The position numbers and the translations under genes are program-made. This document shows, one piece after another, positions 11,742-22,200 of a stretch of 64,000 nucleotides of DNA. The notes under the pieces were generated by a model. It had not been told where the DNA came from. It did not search any database and saw only the letters and a list, made by a program, of their open reading frames with translations. Numbering within the stretch: the stretch's first letter is position 1; every line of letters begins with the position of its first letter. Source of the stretch: an uncultured Planctomycetota bacterium (lineage in GTDB: Bacteria; Planctomycetota; PLA2; JAEUHO01); the NCBI GenBank assembly GCA_963752285.1, contig CAVVXN010000005.1, positions 32,001 to 96,000 on the forward strand, given 5' to 3'.

Positions 11742-13064
11742 TCAGGAGCCGGTCTCGAGGCGCAACGGCGACGTGGTCGGCCGCGACCTGGTGAGCCTCT
11801 CGAGCGGGACGCCGGCGCGGTCCATCACCGACACAGCACGTCCTCCGGTGACGGCGTTCACCTGCACGCGCCGGATGTTCCAGTTGTCCGCGTCGATGCC
11901 GGGTCCCTGCACGAGGCTGATCGTGACGTGGCCGAGGCGGCTCATCTCCGCTCCGTGACCCAGCGTCACGATGGCGGTTCGCGTGGAGCCCTCCTTCAGC
12001 TCGGCGCGCTCGTTGAGGGAGACCTGTCCGAGCAGGCTGCCGTCCCGCGCGAACGCGCGGATCACCGCGTCTCCACCGCCGCGCAGGTCGTCCTTGCCGG
12101 TCTCCACGCGTACGACGAGCCGTTCGACGAGCGCCCCGCCGCTCACCGCGACCGTCCGCCTCTCGATTCGACCGGTGAAGCGGTAGGAGGCTCCGTCCCC
12201 GTCTCCGACGATCTCGACGCCCCGGTTCGTGGGCGCCGCCACCAGCGTGCGGAGCGTGACCGGCGGGCGGCCCGGCATCAGGGCCAGCTGCTGGTCCGCC
12301 GGGGTCTCGAGCTCGCCGAGGCCGGCGATCGCGGGGATCACGACCGCCTGCACGCCCACCACCACGTCGGGGTCGAACGTCGAGCCGACGGTGAACCCGA
12401 GGAAGAGGTCCGCCTTCTCGCCGTCGCTGAACAGGTCCTTCGAGAACGCGTTCGTGTCGAAGGCGAACGCCGGGTGGGCGCGCCCCGCCAGGAGCTGGTT
12501 CACGAAGCTGCGCATCACGGCGCCGCTCTCGATCTGGCGGCGCAGCATGGCCGCGAGGCGTCGTGCGACGCGTTCGAGCACGCCGCGCACGACGTGTGGC
12601 GGCGTGTTGCCATTGTCCATCGTGATGAGGATCACGCCCAGCACCTCGGACCGCGCCACGGCCGCCCACGTCCGGTTGTCACGGGGGTCGAGGTGCGGTG
12701 TCGAGACCCCGCTCCAGACGTGGGTGCCCATCCAGGCCGGTAGGGCGCGTGTGTCCCCCGCGTGCAGGTGGCCGTCCCGGGCCCCCTCGGGGTTCCACCG
12801 CGGCTTGTCCACCCAGTCGTGGGGCTCGCGTTCCTGGATCCAGACGCTCGTCGATCCGCGCGTGTTGTGGCGGGAACGAAACATCACGCCCATGACATAC
12901 GGGCGGTCGCCGTCCGCCGCGCGGGTCCGATCGATGCGGATCTGCTCGAGCGTCATCTGGAGGTCGTCCGCCCGGGCCGGCCGGGGGACGGCGAGCAGAG
13001 CGCCGGCGAGGGCGCACGCCAGCGCGACGGCTCGGGACCGAGGGGAGGGCAGGCGATTCGACAT
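11742..13064 (-). CDS. Secreted protein with one C-terminal PLAT-like repeat
   Basis: MSNRLPSPRSRAVALACALAGALLAVPRPARA signal; ETGKDDLRGGGD...DNWNIRRVQV homologous to the repeats of the downstream gene. Confidence 0.8.
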   Translation of the reverse strand: MSNRLPSPRSRAVALACALAGALLAVPRPARADDLQMTLEQIRIDRTRAADGDRPYVMGVMFRSRHNTRGSTSVWIQEREPHDWVDKPRWNPEGARDGHLHAGDTRALPAWMGTHVWSGVSTPHLDPRDNRTWAAVARSEVLGVILITMDNGNTPPHVVRGVLERVARRLAAMLRRQIESGAVMRSFVNQLLAGRAHPAFAFDTNAFSKDLFSDGEKADLFLGFTVGSTFDPDVVVGVQAVVIPAIAGLGELETPADQQLALMPGRPPVTLRTLVAAPTNRGVEIVGDGDGASYRFTGRIERRTVAVSGGALVERLVVRVETGKDDLRGGGDAVIRAFARDGSLLGQVSLNERAELKEGSTRTAIVTLGHGAEMSRLGHVTISLVQGPGIDADNWNIRRVQVNAVTGGRAVSVMDRAGVPLERLTRSRPTTSPLRLETGS

Positions 13065-13109
13065 GGATTCACTCCGCGGGGCCGAGGCCGGTGCTCGGCG
13101 CGTTGCCGT

Positions 13110-13143
13110 GGCCGATGAACTGGTGACGGGGCCGCGTCGAGAC
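13110..13143 (-). promoter_or_regulatory. Bipartite motif GTCTCGACGCGG-N9-CAGTTCATCGGCC, candidate promoter/operator
   Basis: Second copy of the motif, about 45 nt upstream of ATG 13064. Confidence 0.55.
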
Positions 13144-13261
13144 GTCCGATCCCCGAGACGGCGCGCGCTCGGGGGCGACGGTGGGCTCCGAGGCCGGGGG
13201 CGCCCCGCCGGATGCGAGACCGAGGGGCACCGCGTCACCCGCGATCCGCTATCCTGGCCGG

Positions 13262-13894
13262 ATGACCTCGCCGGCGCCGGACCCCGAGGCTGCTCTCCTC
13301 GCCGCCGCGGAGGATCGCGGCGAGGCCCTCGGACGGCTGCTCGAACGCCACCGCCGCCGGTTGCTCAAGATGATCCACCTGCGGATGGACCCGCGCCTCC
13401 AGGCGCGGGTCGGTGCGTCCGACGTGCTCCAGGACGCCTTCTTCGACGCCGGGCGACGCGTCGGGGCGTACCTCGCGGACCCGCGGATGCCCTTCTTCCT
13501 GTGGCTGCGCTTCCTGACCGCGCAGTCGTTGGCCGCGCGTCATCGCGAGCACCTCGGCGCCCGCAGGCGGGACGTGCGCCGCCAGGTGGACGGGGGACGC
13601 CCCGACGCCTCCGGCCCGGCCGTCGTGGACCTCCTGGTCGCGAACGGCACGACACCGACGGAGGGCGTGGCGCGAGAGGAGACCCGGGTTCGGGTGCTCG
13701 CGGCCCTGGAGCGACTCGGCGAGACGGACCGGGAGATCCTCGTGCTCCGCCACTTCGAGGAGCTCGGGAACGAGGAGGCCGCCTTCGAGCTGGGCATCGA
13801 GCCGCCCGCGGCGAGCAAACGCTACGTCCGCGCGTTGCGTCGCCTGAGGGAGGCCCTGTGCGCCGAGGGCCTGGGCGAGGCCGGACTCGCATGA
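13262..13894 (+). CDS. ECF sigma-70 factor, planctomycete kinase-associated type
   Basis: LRMDPRLQARVGASDVLQ region 2; DREILVLRHFEELGNEEAA...SKRYVRAL region 4; ATGA overlap with kinase. Confidence 0.92.
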   Translation: MTSPAPDPEAALLAAAEDRGEALGRLLERHRRRLLKMIHLRMDPRLQARVGASDVLQDAFFDAGRRVGAYLADPRMPFFLWLRFLTAQSLAARHREHLGARRRDVRRQVDGGRPDASGPAVVDLLVANGTTPTEGVAREETRVRVLAALERLGETDREILVLRHFEELGNEEAAFELGIEPPAASKRYVRALRRLREALCAEGLGEAGLA

Positions 13895-16800
13895 ACGCCG
13901 ACGCCTCCGAGGAGCTCGACCGCCTCGCACAGGAGTTCGTCGCGCGACACCGCGAGGGCGACCGACCCTCGGTCTTTGATTTCGCGGCGCGTCACCCCGA
14001 GCGCGCCGCGGACATCCGCGAGCTCTTCCCCGTGCTTCTCCGGATGGAGACGCTCCGGAGCGACGTGGTCGGCCAGCCGTCCGGGACGCGCCTCGGCGAC
14101 TACGTTCTCCTTCGCGAGATCGGCCGAGGTGGGATGGGCGTCGTCTACGAGGCGGTGCAGACCACCCTCCACCGGCGCGTGGCGCTCAAGGTGTTGCCGC
14201 ACGGCGCCACGTTCGACCCGCGCACCTCGGAGCGATTCCGCGCCGAGGCGCGTGCCGCGGGCAGGCTGCACCACGCCAACGTCGTGCCGGTCATCGAGTA
14301 CGGCGAGGAGGACGGCGTCCACTACTACGCGATGCAGTACGTCGAGGGCCGTGGGCTCGATGCCGTGCTCGCGAGCCTGCGGCGGCGCCTTGCGTGCGAG
14401 GGCGACGCGGGGGGCGGCGACCCCCTCGCCGACGCGCTCGCCGATCGTCTGCTCCAGGGGGCCTGCGCGGGGGGCGGCGCCGCGGCAGGGCGGTCTCGGT
14501 CGTCGGGCGCGGGTCGCGGGGTCCGCCCGCGCCGGCCCGGGCGGCGCTACCACGACGCCGTCGTGCGCCTGCTTCTCCAGGCCACGGAAGGGGTCGCGGC
14601 CGCGCACGCGCAAGGCGTGCTGCACCGGGACATCAAGCCGTCGAACCTGATCCTCGATGCGGACGGGAAGCTCTGGGTCGCCGACTTCGGGCTCTGCAAG
14701 GAAGCCGACGGGCGAGAGGACACGCTGCCCGGCGCCGTCGCGGGAACCCTGCGCTACCTCCCCCCGGAGCGTCTGCGTGGTGCGTCGGACGTTCGGGGCG
14801 ACCTCTACGGTCTCGGGATCACGCTCTACGAGATGCTGACACTCGCTCCCGCGTACGCCTCGGAGGATCGCGTGGCGCTCCTGGCCGACATCGCCAGGGC
14901 GCCGCCACGCCGTCCCCGCGCGCTCGATCCGAGAATCCCCGTGGACCTCGAGGCCGTCGTGCGGAAGGCCACGGCGCACGACCCGGGACAGAGGTACGTG
15001 ACGGTCGAGGGCCTCGCGGCGGACCTCGGCGCGTACCTGGAGGGGCGGGCGATCACCGCGCGCGCACCGAGGGCCACGTACCTGCTTCGCGCCTGGGTTC
15101 GACGGCACCGGGCCCTCACGGCGACCGTGCTGCTGGCCGTGGCGGCGCTGGGCACGGGCGCGGCCTTCTACGTGAGGAACCTCGCGCAGGAGCAGGTGGA
15201 GGCGAGGTTCCAGCAGTACGTGGCGAGCATCGCGGCGGCGGAGGGAGCGCTGCGGCTCCAGGACCCCGATACCGCGCGACGCCTCCTCGACGACGCGCCG
15301 CCGGAGCTTCGCAACTGGGAGTGGCAACACCTCGAGAGCCGGCTCGACCGGAGCCTTTGGACGATCGACCTCGGCGGCGCAGAACCCCACGGCGTGGCGT
15401 ACGACCCCGACGGTTCCAAGTTCGCAATCGGCGCCGACGACTGGACCTCCGTGTGCGACGACACGTCCGGCCGGGAGGTCGCGCGGCTCGACCACGAGGG
15501 GAGCGTCACGGGCGTCGCGTGGAGTCCGCGGGGCGACCGCATCGCCGTGGGCACCTGGGAAGGACTGGAGATCTGGAGCTGGCCCGATCCGCACCGGCTC
15601 CACCGCCTGGCCGGAGCGGGTCAGGTGGCGGACCTGTCCTTCAGCCTCGACGGTCGGCGCGTGGCGACGGGTGGCGACGAGGGGCGGTTGCGGGTGTGGG
15701 ACGTGGAGAGCGGCCGCCTCGAGGCGGACCTCGGCGTGCACGCGTGGATCCACGCGCTCGACTTCCGATCCGGGGACGACCGCGTCGCCGTGGGAGGCGG
15801 TGACGGCATCGCCTCCGTCTGGGACGTGGCGACCGGCGCGTGCCTCTGGTCCCGGCGGGCGAGCGACGTCGGGCTCCACGGGATCACGTTCGTCGGTCGG
15901 GATCGCGTGGCCACGCCCTCCGAGGCGCACCACGTGTGCCTGTGGTCCGCGGCCTCGGGCGATCTGCTTCGGATCGTGACGCGGCTGCGCCAGGTGGGGG
16001 CCGCCCAGGTGCGCGCCACGACGGACGGGACGCTGCTCGCGGTCGGCTCCGGGCAGGGACTGGAGATCTGGGACGCGCGCGACTGGACCTGCCGTGCCAC
16101 CTGGCCGGGCCGGTACGCGGTGCTCGACGTCGCGTTCCATCCCTCGCACACGTGCGTCGTGACCGCCTCCATGGGCGCGGTCAAGGCGTGGGCGGCCGAG
16201 CGCGACCCCGACGTGCTGCGGGGCCACATGGACGACGTGACCAGCGTCGCCTACGCGCCGGACGGCGCCTGGTTCGTCTCCGCCGGCGTCGGCGGGGTCG
16301 TCCGGAGGTGGGACGCGAACACCGGCGAGCAGGCCCGTGCGTGGATCGGGCACCGCTGGTCCGTGACCGCGCTCGCCGTCTCGCCCGACGCCCGCCTCGT
16401 CGCCGCCGGCGACGCGACGGGAGAGGTGCTGCTCTGGGACGTGGAGCGCGACGAGGTCGCGTTGCGGATCGACGCGCACGAAGGCGCCCCCGTGCACGAC
16501 CTCGCATTCCGCCACGACGGCACCCGACTCGCCACGGCCGGCGCGGACGGCCGGCTCGCCGTGTGGGACGTCGCGACCGGCAAGCCGCTCGCGACCGTTC
16601 GGGCGACCGACGGGAGCCTGGGCTGCGTCGAGGTGACGCCCGACGACCGGTACGTCCTGACCGGCGACGCGTCCGGCGCGGTCCGGGTGTGGGACGCCGC
16701 GACCTTGGCGCCGGTCCGGGACCTCTCGCCCCACGGCGACCTCGTGACCGGTATCGACTGTTGCGCGACCCGGGGTCTCGTCGCGACCGTGTCGCAGGAC

Positions 16801-17736
16801 GACACGCTCCGACTCTGGAACCTCGACGACGGGAGCCTTCGGCGCGTCACGCCGCTGCCGTCACCCCTCGACGTCGCCTTCAGCCCCGACGGGAGCCGCC
16901 TGGCCGCGGGCTGCATGGACGGGACCGTCCGCCTCTTCGACACGGCGAGCGGCCGGCTGGTCGCGACCCTCCAGCACGTGGACTGGGTCTACGCCGTAGC
17001 GTGGAGCCCGGACGGCGAACGGCTGCTGTCGGCGAGCAGCGCCGCCGAGGTCCGCGTCTGGGGCACGCGACCGCTCGGTGTGCGCCGTCCCCGCGAGGCC
17101 GACCCTTCGCGCCGACGCCGCGCCGTGGCCCTCGTCGCCGCGCTGGCGGAGGCGGACCCCGATCCCGACGTCCTCGTGCGTCGGGTTCGCACCCGGACGG
17201 ACCTCGGTCCGGACCTTCGCGAAGCCGCGCTGCGCGAGGCGTATCGTCTTCTCGGGAGCGAGGAGGGGCTGATCGCGCGGCTCTGGCGGGCTGCGACGTC
17301 GCGCGACGCGGACCCGCTCCGGCTTCGCATCGCACGGGGGCTGGCGGCGGACATGACCCGCGCGGCGGGCCACCGGAACCGGCCCGACACGCGCCGGAAC
17401 ACCCTCTGGGCGGCGCTGACCTTCCGTAGCGGCGACTACGACCTCGCGCTCGAGCGCCTCCGGACCTCGATGATGCTGAACGAGGACCGGTTCCCCGAGC
17501 TCTTCGCCGTGGACCTCGCGCTCCTCGCGCTGAGCCACGCGGCGCTGGGCCACGACCGCGACGGGAAGGAGGCGCTCGCACGTCTCGAGGCGCACCTGGA
17601 CGACCATCCGAAGGCACGGACCCCGCGGGTCGAGGCGTTCCTCGCCGAGGCGCGGGAGGCCGTGAGGAAGGCCACGACCTCCCCGGCGGGGGCGTCCGGC
17701 CGCGAGACGGCGGGCGCCGCGACCGGAGGCGGCTGA
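13891..17736 (+). CDS. Ser/Thr protein kinase with TM helix and WD40 repeats
   Basis: GRGGMG, VALK, HRDIKPSN, ADFG; TM segment ALTATVLLAVAALGTGAAFYV; many GH...WD repeats; TPR-like tail. Confidence 0.93.
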   Translation: MNADASEELDRLAQEFVARHREGDRPSVFDFAARHPERAADIRELFPVLLRMETLRSDVVGQPSGTRLGDYVLLREIGRGGMGVVYEAVQTTLHRRVALKVLPHGATFDPRTSERFRAEARAAGRLHHANVVPVIEYGEEDGVHYYAMQYVEGRGLDAVLASLRRRLACEGDAGGGDPLADALADRLLQGACAGGGAAAGRSRSSGAGRGVRPRRPGRRYHDAVVRLLLQATEGVAAAHAQGVLHRDIKPSNLILDADGKLWVADFGLCKEADGREDTLPGAVAGTLRYLPPERLRGASDVRGDLYGLGITLYEMLTLAPAYASEDRVALLADIARAPPRRPRALDPRIPVDLEAVVRKATAHDPGQRYVTVEGLAADLGAYLEGRAITARAPRATYLLRAWVRRHRALTATVLLAVAALGTGAAFYVRNLAQEQVEARFQQYVASIAAAEGALRLQDPDTARRLLDDAPPELRNWEWQHLESRLDRSLWTIDLGGAEPHGVAYDPDGSKFAIGADDWTSVCDDTSGREVARLDHEGSVTGVAWSPRGDRIAVGTWEGLEIWSWPDPHRLHRLAGAGQVADLSFSLDGRRVATGGDEGRLRVWDVESGRLEADLGVHAWIHALDFRSGDDRVAVGGGDGIASVWDVATGACLWSRRASDVGLHGITFVGRDRVATPSEAHHVCLWSAASGDLLRIVTRLRQVGAAQVRATTDGTLLAVGSGQGLEIWDARDWTCRATWPGRYAVLDVAFHPSHTCVVTASMGAVKAWAAERDPDVLRGHMDDVTSVAYAPDGAWFVSAGVGGVVRRWDANTGEQARAWIGHRWSVTALAVSPDARLVAAGDATGEVLLWDVERDEVALRIDAHEGAPVHDLAFRHDGTRLATAGADGRLAVWDVATGKPLATVRATDGSLGCVEVTPDDRYVLTGDASGAVRVWDAATLAPVRDLSPHGDLVTGIDCCATRGLVATVSQDDTLRLWNLDDGSLRRVTPLPSPLDVAFSPDGSRLAAGCMDGTVRLFDTASGRLVATLQHVDWVYAVAWSPDGERLLSASSAAEVRVWGTRPLGVRRPREADPSRRRRAVALVAALAEADPDPDVLVRRVRTRTDLGPDLREAALREAYRLLGSEEGLIARLWRAATSRDADPLRLRIARGLAADMTRAAGHRNRPDTRRNTLWAALTFRSGDYDLALERLRTSMMLNEDRFPELFAVDLALLALSHAALGHDRDGKEALARLEAHLDDHPKARTPRVEAFLAEAREAVRKATTSPAGASGRETAGAATGGG

Positions 17737-17775
17737 GCCCGGTCCACCGTCCGCGGCTCCCGGCGGGGCGCGCGG

Positions 17776-18834
17776 TCAGCGGTCGAGGCGTCGGGGCCCT
17801 TGGAGGTGTCTGAGGACCCGGCGCCGCCGTCGGCGGACCCATTCGCGGGAGCGGCGGAGACGCTCGCGAAGGCCGCCCCGGGGCATCGACGCGAACGGGG
17901 TCGCGTACCGCTTCCGGGCCCAGTCGCACTCCAACCAGTCCCCGAGAAACGTCCGTTCGAGGAGCGCGCGGGCCCGCGAAGACGAGAGCTCCACCCGAGG
18001 GATGTACGCAGCGGGGAAGTACGGAAACGGTGCGAAGAGCTTGCTGGCGGCCACGCGGTAGATCTCGAGGTCCGGGTTCAGGACCTTGGCGAACGCGGAC
18101 AGCGCCGAGGAGCACTTGAGGACGGAGCGGCACCTGGAGAGCAGCACGCAGTCGAGCACCGCGCGGTCCCGGCTCTCGCGCGGAGAGCGGGGCGGGTCCT
18201 TGTGGTGCTCGACGGGTCCCAGGTGGACGACCGTATGGCGGGAGAACCGGTCCCGGATCTTCGCGACCACGTCGTGCTCGTCGGTCGCGACGAACACGGC
18301 GTCCACCGGCGGGCGCTCGCACAGGAAGGCGTGTGCGAGCTCCACGAACTCCTCCTGGCTCACGGGATTCGTGTCCCAGGCCGAGGTGAGCTTGTCCCGG
18401 CCCCGATAGTGGAGGCCCAGGGTTCGCTCCGGGAGATCCACCGCGTCCGCCCGCTGGAGGATCCCCGGGGGCACGCGGAAGTAGGCGTGCCAGAGCCCGT
18501 GGGCGTGCGCCCAGTCCGCCCCGAGCGCGTGGAGCCGCCTCCGGCGCAGCTCGAGCAGGCTCACGGTGCGATCGATCGTCGCCGGCGCCTCGTACGCGAG
18601 CTCGAACGCGCCCGGAAGGACCGTGTGCTCGGGCGCGCTCCCGTAGAGCTTCGACCGGATCCGCCACGTCGGGTAGATGCCCCGTTCGCGCAGGTACGGC
18701 AGCACCTGCATGACCCACAGGACCACCTGCCCGAAGAGGCCCTCGGTGAGCTCGTCCGGCTGGGTCTCCACCCGCCATCCCCGGCTCCGTCCCGCCCGGG
18801 ACGCCGAGGTCCAGAGGTACGAGCCGATCGACAT
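17776..18834 (-). CDS. NodZ/O-fucosyltransferase-like glycosyltransferase
   Basis: LGLHYRGRDK (HxRxxD), VFVATDE and AVLDCVLLSRC motifs typical of GT-B fucosyltransferases. Confidence 0.65.
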   Translation of the reverse strand: MSIGSYLWTSASRAGRSRGWRVETQPDELTEGLFGQVVLWVMQVLPYLRERGIYPTWRIRSKLYGSAPEHTVLPGAFELAYEAPATIDRTVSLLELRRRRLHALGADWAHAHGLWHAYFRVPPGILQRADAVDLPERTLGLHYRGRDKLTSAWDTNPVSQEEFVELAHAFLCERPPVDAVFVATDEHDVVAKIRDRFSRHTVVHLGPVEHHKDPPRSPRESRDRAVLDCVLLSRCRSVLKCSSALSAFAKVLNPDLEIYRVAASKLFAPFPYFPAAYIPRVELSSSRARALLERTFLGDWLECDWARKRYATPFASMPRGGLRERLRRSREWVRRRRRRVLRHLQGPRRLDR

Positions 18835-19207
18835 CGGGGGTCTCCACCTCGCGGCCGTTGTTCCGGGTCCTCTGCGCGCCGCGCGCCCGGCCCGGGACGG
18901 GGGCCGCGCCGCGGTCCGCCACGGTGCCCCGCGGTGCGCCCGGGGGCCGCACGCGCGCTCCCGGCCCGCGCGCCGTAGAGGCCCTTCGCGGCGTGAGTCT
19001 ACGCGCGGGGTGGCGAGGCGAAACGTCCCCCCCTCGACGGGATCCCACCCGGTTCGGATCCCCCCGGCCCGTCGGAGGGGCCGGCGAAGGGGATCTCCCG
19101 CTACCTCGACGGGAGCGGCTCGGGTCGGTCGTTCGTCGGGGTCCCGAGCGCGGCCCCACGCGTCTTCGACCCGGGCGACGGGCTCGTCCGGGCGGTCGTG
19201 GACCACG

Positions 19208-19229
19208 CGAGACGCCGGTAGGCGTCTCG
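19208..19229. terminator. Perfect 9-bp hairpin downstream of the mannosidase, possible terminator
   Basis: CGAGACGCC-GGTA-GGCGTCTCG; no U-tract. Confidence 0.35.
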
Positions 19230-19284
19230 AGAACGCGCAGACGTCGGACGGGCCCCGCGCGGTCCACCGCCGCGGTCGTCCCGC

Positions 19285-22200
19285 TCACTTCGACGGCGAG
19301 ACGGGCTCCACGACGAGGGTGCCGAGCGACCAGGCGCCGAGCGTCGTTCGGACCGTGTGTCCCTCGGGCGCCTGCTCCTCGGCGAGGTCCTCCATCAGGT
19401 TGGTTCGCCACGCGCGCGCGACCGGGAAGGGGAAGGTGACCGTCACCTCGGCCGCGCGGCCCTCCTTCTCGACGAGGCGCACCACGAACCGCGGCGGGTC
19501 CGAGGGGAGGCGGGTCCGCTTCATCGCCGCGATCTCGACGTGATCGCAGTCGCTCGTGACGAGGGCCCGCCCGGCCGGGAGCGTTCCCCGCTCCGAGGCC
19601 GACGTGAGGATCGCCCGGAGCGGGAGGTTCAGCTCCGCGCCCCTCCGGTAGCTCTTGGCCTCCTGCCATCCCGCCACGTGGGGGTAGAGCGCATAGGTGA
19701 ACCGCGCCTCGCCCATGTCGGCCCCGGGATCGGGGTACTTGGGCGCGCGGAGGAGGGACAGGGCCAGCCGGTGGTCGAGGACGTCGTAGCCGTACTTCGC
19801 GTCGTCGAGGAGCGAGAGGCCGAAGGCGCCCGAGCGGTCCGTCTCGTCGGCCCACCGCTGCCCCCAGACCTCCCACTTCGCCTTCTCCGCGGCGGTCTTC
19901 GGATGCGTCGTCCGGTCGATCGTCCCGTAGGGGATCTCGAACGTCGCGGCGTCGGCGTCCGCGGCGACGTCGAACACGGCCTTGAGCATCTCGTGGGACG
20001 CGTGCCAGTCGGCCTTCGTGCGGATCTCGAGCCAGGGGACGCCCCGCGTCACGACGATCTCCTGCTCGAAGCTCGAGTCGCCGTGCGGGACGTGGACGTG
20101 GACGGAGGCCGAGAGGGGCGGGGTCGCGGACGCGGTGACCGAGTCGGCCACGAGCTCCGTCCGGGCGCCGTCCCGCCCGATGTTCCACGCGTCCCACTGG
20201 CTCGGCAGGTCCTGCCGGATCTCGAGGACGTTCCCGCCCCCGGGACCCAGCACCTCGCGCCGCTCGGGCAGGAGCACCAGCGAGACGACGCGGCCGGTCT
20301 TCTTGTCGATGCGGGCCTCGAGCGAGGCGTTCGCGAGGACGAACGCGTCCGGCGCCTCGCGCACGGTAGGACCCTCCTCGGCGGGGTCCGCCGGAGGGGT
20401 CCCGCCGCCCCCCGGGACCGGCGAGGTCCAGTACGTCCGGTACCCGACGCCCGGCACGTCTTCGGCGAGGAACCGAAGACGGCCGTCTTCCCAGCGGGAC
20501 GGCACGGGGAGACCGTGCTCGTCCACCGCGCCGAGCGCGATCTTCGAGGTCGTGTGCACCTCGACGACGCCGGTCACCGGCCAGGAGTGCGCGTTCCAGA
20601 CGATCACGGGGTGGCCCGCGTGACCCGTCGTGTCGACGTGGCGCGCCAGCGCGCGGGCCGCCTCCTTGACGACGCCCCCCGCGAGCTGGGCCGCCTCGTC
20701 GTAGTCCTGGTGCGCGTCCTCGTAGATCTCGTGGATCCCCGAGCCCGGCAGGAGGTCGTGGAACTGGTTGAAGAGCGTCCGCTTCCAGGCGCCGTCGAGC
20801 GCGTCGATCGGGGTACGCGTAGCCCGCGTCGAGGGCCGCCGCGATCGACGCCAGCTTCTCGGCGAGCTCGAGCGAGGCCTCCATGCGGCGGTTTCGCATC
20901 TTCATGTCGCCGTGCGTCGTGTACGTGCCGCGGTGGTACTCGAGGTAGAGCTCGGTGTCCCACACGGGCACGTCGGGGTACTTCGCGCGGACGCGGTCGA
21001 GGAACGCCTCCGGGCTCGCGTGCTCGACGGTCGGGAACACGCGCATCTTCGACATCTCGACCGTCCGCTCGATCATCTCGCGCGTGGGGCCGCCGCCGTG
21101 GTCGCCCACGCCGTAGAGGTCGAGCAGGTCCACCAGGCCGGGCTGCTGCTCGAGCTGCGTCCGCATGTGGGTCGCGAGGACCTCGGGCCGCGCGTCGTCC
21201 ACGTAGTCGAACGGGAAGTACGTCAGGACCTCCGAGCCGTCCGGGGACCTCCACCGGAAGAGCCGGTGCGGGAACTTCGTCGTGTCGTTCCAGCCGATCT
21301 TCTGCGTGATGAAGGCGTCGATGCCGGCGCCCCGGAAGATCATGGGCAGCGTCCAGGCGTAGCCGAAGGAGTCGGGGTTCCAGCCCACGTGGACGTCCAC
21401 GCCGAAGTGGTCGCGCGCGTAGCCCTTGCCGTAGAGGAGCTGGCGTACGAACGACTCGCCCGACGGCAGGTCGCAGTCGGGCTCGACCCACATGCCCCCG
21501 ACGACGTCCCACCGGCCGTCCTTCACCGCGGCCGCGAGGTCCCGGCTCATCTCCGGGAACAGCTCGTCCACCCACGCGTTCGTCTGCATCGAGCTCTGGG
21601 CGAAGCGGAAGAAGGGGAACTCGTGCGTGAAGAGGAGCGCCTGGCGGTAGGTCAGGTCTACGACGTGCTGGGTCTCCTTCCGCTGCCACATCCAGGCCAT
21701 GTCGATGTGACTGTTGCCGATGAACGTGATCCGCTGCCGCTTGACCTCCTTCGCGCCGGCTTCGACCGCCGCGTCGATCGCGCGCCACGCCGCGTCGAAG
21801 GCCGCGCCGTCGCCCGCGGCGTAGGCCGTGAGAAGTCCGGCGAAGCGGGCCTCGCCGTCCCCGAACAGGTCGGGACGAAAGCGCGCGCCCCAGGTCCAGT
21901 CGTTCGAGAGCGAGGCGAAGTCGTAGCGGGGCGCCGCGAGGTCCGCGCGGAGGGGCGGGTCGCCCATCACGATCGAGAGGAGCGCCTGCGGGTCGAGCGG
22001 AAGGGGCTCCGGGGGGCCCGCGTCGCCGGGTCGGCCCGTCCAGGCGAGGGCGGCTGCGGGCCGGACGCCGGCGGCGACCTTCTCGATCGCCGCGCGCGCG
22101 TCGAGGAGCAGCCGGACGGGGACGAGCGCGCCGGCACCCGCCTCGAACGGCTTCGTGACGCCGAGCGCGGCGACCTCGAGGCGCGCGTCCCGCGCCGGCT

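Noticed and set aside
18997..19221. Coding-like stretch ISRYLDGSGSGRSFVGVP... on plus strand
   Set aside because: No start codon after the in-frame stop at 18994 and no recognisable homology
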